NCBI GenBank assembly: GCA_963743775.1
Contig: CAVURA010000018.1
Coordinates: forward strand, 142,518-206,517
Origin: an uncultured Bacteroidales bacterium
Lineage (GTDB): Bacteria; Bacteroidota; Bacteroidia; Bacteroidales; VadinHA17
Length of the DNA stretch: 64,000 nt
Reading direction: 5' to 3'
Both the position numbers and the translations under genes were made by a program. The notes beneath the pieces were generated by a model. The model made no database searches. It was given only the letters and a program-made list of their open reading frames with translations, and was not told where the DNA came from. Positions 59,204 to 64,000 of this stretch are shown in pieces; positions within the stretch are counted from its first letter, which is position 1; each line of letters starts with the position of its first letter.

Positions 59204-59941
59204 CTAGCCTTTTTCGGAGATTAAACGAAGCTTTTCACGCTGGAGGATCTTAACTGAGCGTGGAGTCGCCTGAATGATTTTTTCATTCTCAAGCTCGCCC
59301 ATTATCCTCACAACACTCTCTTTTGCCATATTGGTCATTTCTCCGAGTTCCTGGCGTGACAGTACCATCTCAAAACTGTCTGAATGAAAAAGTGTATCCG
59401 CAAAATAGAGTAATGTCTCCGCGAGTCTTCCATGCATCTTCTTCTGTGTCAGGTTTACCACCTTATGATGCATCATGTATGCATTTTCACTGAGCTCTTC
59501 AATAAACCCGACGGCAAAATCCGGATTGCCGGCAATGAGCCGGCGGATGATGTCAAAGCTTATAAAGCAGGCTTGTACCGGGGTAATTGCAGCCACAGAA
59601 TAGCAGTATCTTGAATTAACGTGAACACCTGGGCCGGCAAGCAATGTTGATTGTCCGGCAAGATCAAGAATCAGGTTTCTTCCCGAGTACCCTTCCATGT
59701 ATACTTTCGTAAGACCTGAAAGAATGAAAACAGCATTTGATGATGGTGAGCCCTGCTTGATAATTATCTCCCCCTGGTTAAAACCGGCTTCATAACGGTT
59801 ACTGTTAACAAGGTCAAGCTCTTCTTTTGAAAGATTTCTGAAGTTGTTCCAGCATTTGGAACAGACCTCACAACTTGATATTACGTTTTCACTGAACATG
59901 GTTTCACTCTGAAATTTACAGCCAAACCTACAATAACGCAT
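59204..59941 (-). CDS. Crp/Fnr-family transcriptional regulator with a Cys-rich N-terminus
   Basis: cNMP-binding-like beta-barrel (GEIIIKQGSPSSNAVFILSGL) and a C-terminal HTH (SRQELGEMTNMAKESVVRIM). The N-terminus MRYCRFGCKF...SSCEVCSKCW has 5 Cys. The alternative start at 59899 keeps only CxxCxxC, and the TTG at 59956 is another possible start. Confidence 0.8.
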   Translation of the reverse strand: MRYCRFGCKFQSETMFSENVISSCEVCSKCWNNFRNLSKEELDLVNSNRYEAGFNQGEIIIKQGSPSSNAVFILSGLTKVYMEGYSGRNLILDLAGQSTLLAGPGVHVNSRYCYSVAAITPVQACFISFDIIRRLIAGNPDFAVGFIEELSENAYMMHHKVVNLTQKKMHGRLAETLLYFADTLFHSDSFEMVLSRQELGEMTNMAKESVVRIMGELENEKIIQATPRSVKILQREKLRLISEKG

Positions 59942-59959
59942 GTGCAATATAGGCAATTA

Positions 59960-59973
59960 ATGATATATATCAT
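59960..59973. promoter_or_regulatory. perfect 14-bp palindrome ATGATATATATCAT (candidate operator)
   Basis: Read directly. It lies just upstream of the Crp/Fnr gene, in the divergent intergenic region. Confidence 0.35.
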
Positions 59974-60026
59974 ATTTAAAATTGACCTTAATCAATCATG
60001 TTGCTCATACTTATCAATCTGTTGTT

Positions 60027-60040
60027 ATTGAAATATCAAT
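60027..60040. promoter_or_regulatory. candidate regulator site ATTGA-N4-TCAAT (copy 1 of ATTGAAATATCA)
   Basis: Palindromic arms ATTGA/TCAAT. The 12-mer ATTGAAATATCA recurs at 60084. Confidence 0.35.
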
Positions 60041-60083
60041 GAAACACCAACCGTATACATCGCGGGTGTTGTTACCTTTCGCA

Positions 60084-60095
60084 ATTGAAATATCA
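60084..60095. promoter_or_regulatory. candidate regulator site (copy 2 of ATTGAAATATCA)
   Basis: Exact 12-nt repeat of the 60027 site, starting 57 bp downstream of it and ending 19 nt before the cytochrome ATG. Confidence 0.35.
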
Positions 60096-60113
60096 CAAAA
60101 AACCTGAAAACCT

Positions 60114-61310
60114 ATGAAGGGAAGTTTGAAGCTTTTTTCGTTATTAGTCATGACCGGGATGGTGATGATATCCTGTGAAGGTCCAATGGGTCCGATAGGT
60201 CCACAAGGCGCACAGGGTCCAAAGGGAGAACCGGGAACAACCGTTGCCTGCACAGAGTGCCATAATCCTGATGTTGTTGAGGCAAAAGTAGTTGAGTACG
60301 ATCACTCAGTGCATTTCAGCGGTGTAGCATTTGAAGAAGGAACCAGAAACGCTTGTGCACCGTGTCATTCAGATCAGGGTTTCAGGTATGTTGTGACGAA
60401 CAACACTCCTGTAACTTTTATTCCGGATCCGGCCAATGCAGGAAAGTTTCTGAATAATTATTCAGTCGACGCCATTACCGCATCTCTGCCCGGACCAATA
60501 GGCTGTATGACCTGTCACAGTGCGCTCCATTCAACATATAGCGGAGACGACTTCTCACCACTTACGACAACTGCTGAAGTGCCAATGACGATGTGGGGCG
60601 GTTCAAAAAGCATCAATTTTGCGAAGGCTAAAGGAAACCTTTGTACCAAGTGTCACCAGCCAAGACCTGTAACAGCCTCAAGCGGAAATGTAATTGATTA
60701 CGCGCTGCTGGTTTCAGATCCGGGCACAAAATATACGCTCTCAAGCTTAAGCTACAGGACCGGTATTCATTACGGAGCACAGGGTGCAATAGCAGCCGGT
60801 GTTGGAGGTATCCAGTTCGGAACAGGTTATGCAAACTCAGGACATACTGCAAACCTCTCATGCGGAAACTGCCACATGGCAGAACCAAGGACCCTGTCAG
60901 GAGGCCATTCATTCAGCGCAACCGGCCTGTTTACGGGATGCAACGTGAGTGGATGCCACGCATCGCTGAGTGCCACAAGCCCGACTTATACCAACGCTGT
61001 AAATGATATTACTGACCTGCTGAGTGATCTGGCAAATAAAATAAATGCCGTAGGTGCCGGGCATGATATTCTCCAGACAGATCCTGAAGATGGCCAGTAT
61101 CATGGTTACCTGGATATCTATGATGCAGGCTCAAATCCAACCGGTTACTGGAAGAACCCCAGCCAGGGCAATGTTGCATTCCCGCCTATAACAAATGCGC
61201 AGTTCGGTGCAATTCTCAACTACCAGCTGGCATTCAGGGACGGAAGCTTTGGCGTTCACAACTACACGTATACAAAGAAGCTGCTTGAAAACACTCTTGC
61301 AGCCTGGTAG
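60114..61310 (+). CDS. multihaem cytochrome c lipoprotein (5 CXXCH + 1 CX4CH) with an N-terminal collagen-like G-X-Y run
   Basis: Signal and lipobox MKGSLKLFSLLVMTGMVMISC, followed by EGPMGPIGPQGAQGPKGEPGTT. The haem motifs are CTECH, CAPCH, CMTCH, CTKCH, CGNCH and CNVSGCH. The C-terminal helix reads FRDGSFGVHNYTYTKKLLE. Confidence 0.85.
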   Translation: MKGSLKLFSLLVMTGMVMISCEGPMGPIGPQGAQGPKGEPGTTVACTECHNPDVVEAKVVEYDHSVHFSGVAFEEGTRNACAPCHSDQGFRYVVTNNTPVTFIPDPANAGKFLNNYSVDAITASLPGPIGCMTCHSALHSTYSGDDFSPLTTTAEVPMTMWGGSKSINFAKAKGNLCTKCHQPRPVTASSGNVIDYALLVSDPGTKYTLSSLSYRTGIHYGAQGAIAAGVGGIQFGTGYANSGHTANLSCGNCHMAEPRTLSGGHSFSATGLFTGCNVSGCHASLSATSPTYTNAVNDITDLLSDLANKINAVGAGHDILQTDPEDGQYHGYLDIYDAGSNPTGYWKNPSQGNVAFPPITNAQFGAILNYQLAFRDGSFGVHNYTYTKKLLENTLAAW

Positions 61311-61329
61311 AAAAAACTAATTTAAAAAA

Positions 61330-61363
61330 GAAGGCTGTCACATCACGGGCAGTCTTTTTTTTT
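61330..61363 (+). terminator. rho-independent terminator after the hexahaem cytochrome gene
   Basis: Stem aaggctg/cagtctt (one G-U pair), followed by a run of T. Confidence 0.65.
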
Positions 61364-61407
61364 GAAATAAAAGAAGGCCGTGTTTCATCAGAGGCAGCTT
61401 TATTTAG

Positions 61408-61444
61408 AATAAAAAGGAAGGCTGCTTCGTTGGAGGCAGCCTTC
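61408..61444 (-). terminator. rho-independent terminator after the monohaem cytochrome c (61467..61877)
   Basis: Perfect 9-bp stem gaaggctgc/gcagccttc. The minus strand continues cTTTTTatt. Confidence 0.65.
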
Positions 61445-61466
61445 TTCAGTTCTGAAAGGAAGTTCC

Positions 61467-61877
61467 TTATTTCTTAAAACTTCTCATGTGATTCACCAAT
61501 GCCCACATTTCATTCTCAGGGATTTTCTTGTCAAATGCAGGCATTTCACCACGTCCGGTCTTGGTTCTGTAGAATATCTCACCATCCGTAAAGGCCTGGA
61601 ATTCGGCTGAAGAGAAGTTACCCGGATTAGTCTTGCACATCCTGCCTTTTACGCCGTCACCCAGCCCGGTCTTGCCATGACATGATGCACAGTTCTTTGA
61701 CCATGAAGACATACCCAGCTGCATGGTGGCATCATCAGCTTTAGCCGGGTTTGCCTTGCTCTTCTCATTAGCAGGCACAGGCCACGGTTCAGCTTTCTTC
61801 TGACTTTGTGCGTTCATCACCTGCGACAAGGAGAAGGTCACCAGTAAAGCACCAACAAATACTGATTTGAATTTCAT
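61467..61877 (-). CDS. class I monohaem cytochrome c (paralogue 2)
   Basis: Signal peptide, a single CASCH, and a distal Met region (GRGEMPAF). Confidence 0.85.
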   Translation of the reverse strand: MKFKSVFVGALLVTFSLSQVMNAQSQKKAEPWPVPANEKSKANPAKADDATMQLGMSSWSKNCASCHGKTGLGDGVKGRMCKTNPGNFSSAEFQAFTDGEIFYRTKTGRGEMPAFDKKIPENEMWALVNHMRSFKK

Positions 61878-61922
61878 AATTTACACTTTTTGGTTATACA
61901 TAACAATTATCACTTATCGTGC

Positions 61923-61930
61923 CAAAAGTA
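61923..61930 (-). promoter_or_regulatory. Bacteroidota -7 promoter box (TACTTTTG) for paralogue 2
   Basis: The minus strand matches TAnnTTTG, 45 nt upstream of the ATG at 61877 and downstream of a strong terminator. Confidence 0.45.
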
Positions 61931-61960
61931 TAAATTTTTAATTTGGGGTTTACTCATGCA

Positions 61961-61990
61961 TAAAAAAACCTGTCATGACATGACAGGTTC
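61961..61990 (-). terminator. rho-independent terminator between the two monohaem cytochrome c genes
   Basis: Perfect 11-bp palindromic stem aacctgtcatg/catgacaggtt. The minus strand continues TTTTTTTa. Confidence 0.8.
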
Positions 61991-62008
61991 TTTTAGTTTT
62001 TCGGCAGC

Positions 62009-62425
62009 TTATTGCTTAAGAGATTTCATGTAAATAACCATCTTCCAGATATCGTTATCAGGAATTTTCTTGTCATAGGCAGGCATTTCTCCTCTTCCGG
62101 TTTTGGTCTGGTAATACATGGTGCCCTCACTGTATGCCTGAAAGTCGGCTCCTGAGAAATCACCAGGGAAAACTTTACACATTCTTCCTTTGGGGCCATC
62201 ACCCTTACCAAGCTTGCCATGACATGATGCACAGTTTTTGTCATAAGCTGTTTTGCCCGCTGCAATCGATGTTGCATCAGTGGCGACAGGATTCTTCATT
62301 GTTTTATACTCAGCCGGGATAGTCCACGGTTCGCCCTTTTTCTGCTGACCATAAGCAGTGACAGACATCACGGCAAAGACAGCTGTCAGCATCATGACTG
62401 AAATAGTTCTAAATGTTCTTTTCAT
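62009..62425 (-). CDS. class I monohaem cytochrome c (paralogue 1)
   Basis: Signal peptide, a single CASCH, and GRGEMPAY. It aligns along its whole length with the 61467..61877 product. Confidence 0.85.
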   Translation of the reverse strand: MKRTFRTISVMMLTAVFAVMSVTAYGQQKKGEPWTIPAEYKTMKNPVATDATSIAAGKTAYDKNCASCHGKLGKGDGPKGRMCKVFPGDFSGADFQAYSEGTMYYQTKTGRGEMPAYDKKIPDNDIWKMVIYMKSLKQ

Positions 62426-62451
62426 ACAAATTGTTTTTAATTAGACTCATA

Positions 62452-63072
62452 TTAATGACTCTCCTGCCAGCCGGTGACGATGCTTCTGAAATTACTCAAA
62501 GGCGACTTACCCATTGTACTGACATAGAGATGAATAAATAAAAATATCACAATCAGGAAACCAAGAATTACATGAAACTGGTCTGTAAGGAAAATTCCGC
62601 TCAGCCCCAGGAATTTTTTGAGAATAAATTCCGGAAACATCAGGGCCCAACCAGTGATAAAAAGCATCGGCAGGGCAAAATACATCACAGCGACATATGA
62701 TACTTGCTGGAGAGGATTGAATTTACGGTCACTGCCGACCGGGTAAGGAGCCTTTTCACCTTTGAAATATCCATAGGCATAATAGTAGCCCTGCTTCCAC
62801 AGCCTTGCACCCATTCCTCTAATCTGTGCCAGGTAATGTTTTCCGTTTGGGGTGAAAAGGTTACCGGCAAGAAATACTGTATAACTTATTGTAAGCAGGA
62901 TACCGCAAACATTATGGACTGAAACGGCGCGCTTAAAATTAACTATCATGGCGTTATCAGGATTGGAATAAAGCATGCTGAACCCTGTAACAATAAGGAA
63001 AAGACACAAAATGGCATTTGAAAGGTGCCAAAGCCTGACCCAGACAGGATAGTGATAGAAATTACTGCTCAT
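62452..63072 (-). CDS. dihaem b-type membrane cytochrome (PhsC/FdnI/Ni-hydrogenase cyt b-like, 4 TM)
   Basis: 206-aa ORF. His residues sit in TM1 (WVRLWHLSN) and TM2 (VSVHNVCG), and two sit in TM4 (DQFHVILGFLIVIFLFIHLY), which is the PF01292-type ligand pattern. Its start overlaps the upstream multihaem gene by 11 nt. Confidence 0.75.
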   Translation of the reverse strand: MSSNFYHYPVWVRLWHLSNAILCLFLIVTGFSMLYSNPDNAMIVNFKRAVSVHNVCGILLTISYTVFLAGNLFTPNGKHYLAQIRGMGARLWKQGYYYAYGYFKGEKAPYPVGSDRKFNPLQQVSYVAVMYFALPMLFITGWALMFPEFILKKFLGLSGIFLTDQFHVILGFLIVIFLFIHLYVSTMGKSPLSNFRSIVTGWQESH

Positions 63073-64000
63073 AATAGCGTTTAACAGGTTTAATTATTAT
63101 CCTGAAAATTGTATGTATTAGCCCGATTGCAAGAGTCATGCCAATAATGAATATCCCTGCTAAAGAAATGAATTTGCTGTGGTTAGCTCCGATGACATAA
63201 GAGTCGTTTCTGAGCATAACTCCATTGACAAAACCTTTCTCAATGCGGTTCTCCTTTGAGGCATATTTATAAAGCGTACCCATCAGTATGGAGTTCTTGT
63301 TGTGACAGTCAGAACAGGTATTTACGGCGCTGTCAGCAGACATAACTTCATGTGCAACAAGAATACTGTCAGTCATACGTGTGTGACAATCAAGGCATCT
63401 TACTGCCTCAAGATGCCTTTCGACATTGGGTAACCACTCATGTTTCGGAAGTACCTTCTCCAGACCTTTTTCAGATATCATGCCCATAATATCCGAATGA
63501 CCATGACAACTAAGACACATTTCATTTGACCTGATAATATAATCACGTCCGCCAGTGGTCTGACGAGCCAGGGGGTTATAGTAATGAGCATTATGACACT
63601 TCCAGCAGGTGACAAGGCCGTCAGTTGCCGTAAAATGAATACTTCTCTGGTACTCGGCATCGATCTCCTCAAAACCGTACTTTGCATAGTTAGGGTCATT
63701 ACCGTGGCAGTCAATACAATTCCAGGAAGCCTCAAAACGAGTTTCCACACTGTGAGGAAAGCTCTTGAACCCTTCCGAGTGACAGTCAAGACAGTTAAAG
63801 CTCCAGTGAACCGAGTTATAAAAAAGATCAGGGCTTATCACATTGTGCTGTGCCATAAGCTGTTTCCTGCTTACCCCTGAAACCGTATCAGTCAGGGTAT
63901 AAACCAGTTTGCCGTGACATTTAAGACAGTTCTGCTCATTCTGGTCAGCATAGAGACTTAATTCAGCCCCTTTTTTTACCGTCGTATCCTGTTTATCGCC
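63062..64000 (-). CDS. multihaem cytochrome c with at least 7 CXXCH motifs and a C-terminal TM anchor (5' end outside the window)
   Basis: The reading frame stays open upstream of the listed ATG to the window edge (...NCLKCHGKLVYTLTD...). The motifs are CLKCH, CLDCH, CIDCH, CWKCH, CLSCH, CLDCH and CSDCH. The C-terminal TM segment is FISLAGIFIIGMTLAIGLIHTIF. Confidence 0.8.
   Translation of the reverse strand, partial: GDKQDTTVKKGAELSLYADQNEQNCLKCHGKLVYTLTDTVSGVSRKQLMAQHNVISPDLFYNSVHWSFNCLDCHSEGFKSFPHSVETRFEASWNCIDCHGNDPNYAKYGFEEIDAEYQRSIHFTATDGLVTCWKCHNAHYYNPLARQTTGGRDYIIRSNEMCLSCHGHSDIMGMISEKGLEKVLPKHEWLPNVERHLEAVRCLDCHTRMTDSILVAHEVMSADSAVNTCSDCHNKNSILMGTLYKYASKENRIEKGFVNGVMLRNDSYVIGANHSKFISLAGIFIIGMTLAIGLIHTIFRIIIKPVKRYYEQ

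Noticed and set aside
60014-60253. 79-aa minus-strand ORF containing GPIGPIGP
   Set aside because: It is the mirror image of the collagen-like G-X-Y tract of the plus-strand cytochrome gene. It spans that gene's promoter region and has no start context.

Overview
This window looks like a chromosomal segment from a Bacteroidota genome. The evidence for that placement is SusC/SusD genes, repeated TAnnTTTG -7 promoter boxes, the gene strings parA-parB-DUF5683-mltD, rsfS-ftsH-cdsA-psd and DUF4492-cydAB, and a fused CcsBA. Most of the window is densely packed housekeeping DNA. It includes grpE-dnaJ, lon, ftsH, coaD, pyrE, birA, rpmE2, phospholipid synthesis genes, cytochrome bd oxidase, a flavodiiron protein and one tRNA-His. 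I saw no transposase, integrase, CRISPR array or rRNA.

The accessory content is as follows:
- A TPP-riboswitch-controlled thiamine uptake operon (TonB-dependent receptor, PnuT, thiamine pyrophosphokinase). The receptor is frameshifted, and PnuT carries an in-frame insertion made of repeats.
- GH29 and GH2 glycosidases.
- A string of an ABC-2 transporter, an HTH-less sigma-54 response regulator and GH2.
- An SGNH-MBOAT fusion protein that follows directly downstream of mltD on the same strand as the par genes.
- A SusC/SusD locus with no enzyme and no regulator, plus two unknown lipoproteins.
- At the right edge (56.1-64.0 kb), a multihaem cytochrome island. This is the most interesting part of the window.

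The island contains CcsBA, a Cys-rich Crp/Fnr regulator, and a hexahaem lipoprotein whose mature N-terminus is a collagen-like G-X-Y run. It also contains two paralogous monohaem cytochromes c, a dihaem b-type membrane cytochrome, and a membrane-anchored cytochrome c with at least 7 haems that runs off the window. I read the island as a candidate, uncharacterised quinol-to-periplasm or cell-surface electron-transfer system.

Two otherwise conserved genes (the thiamine TonB receptor and psd) are frameshifted. These could be real pseudogenes or assembly indels.
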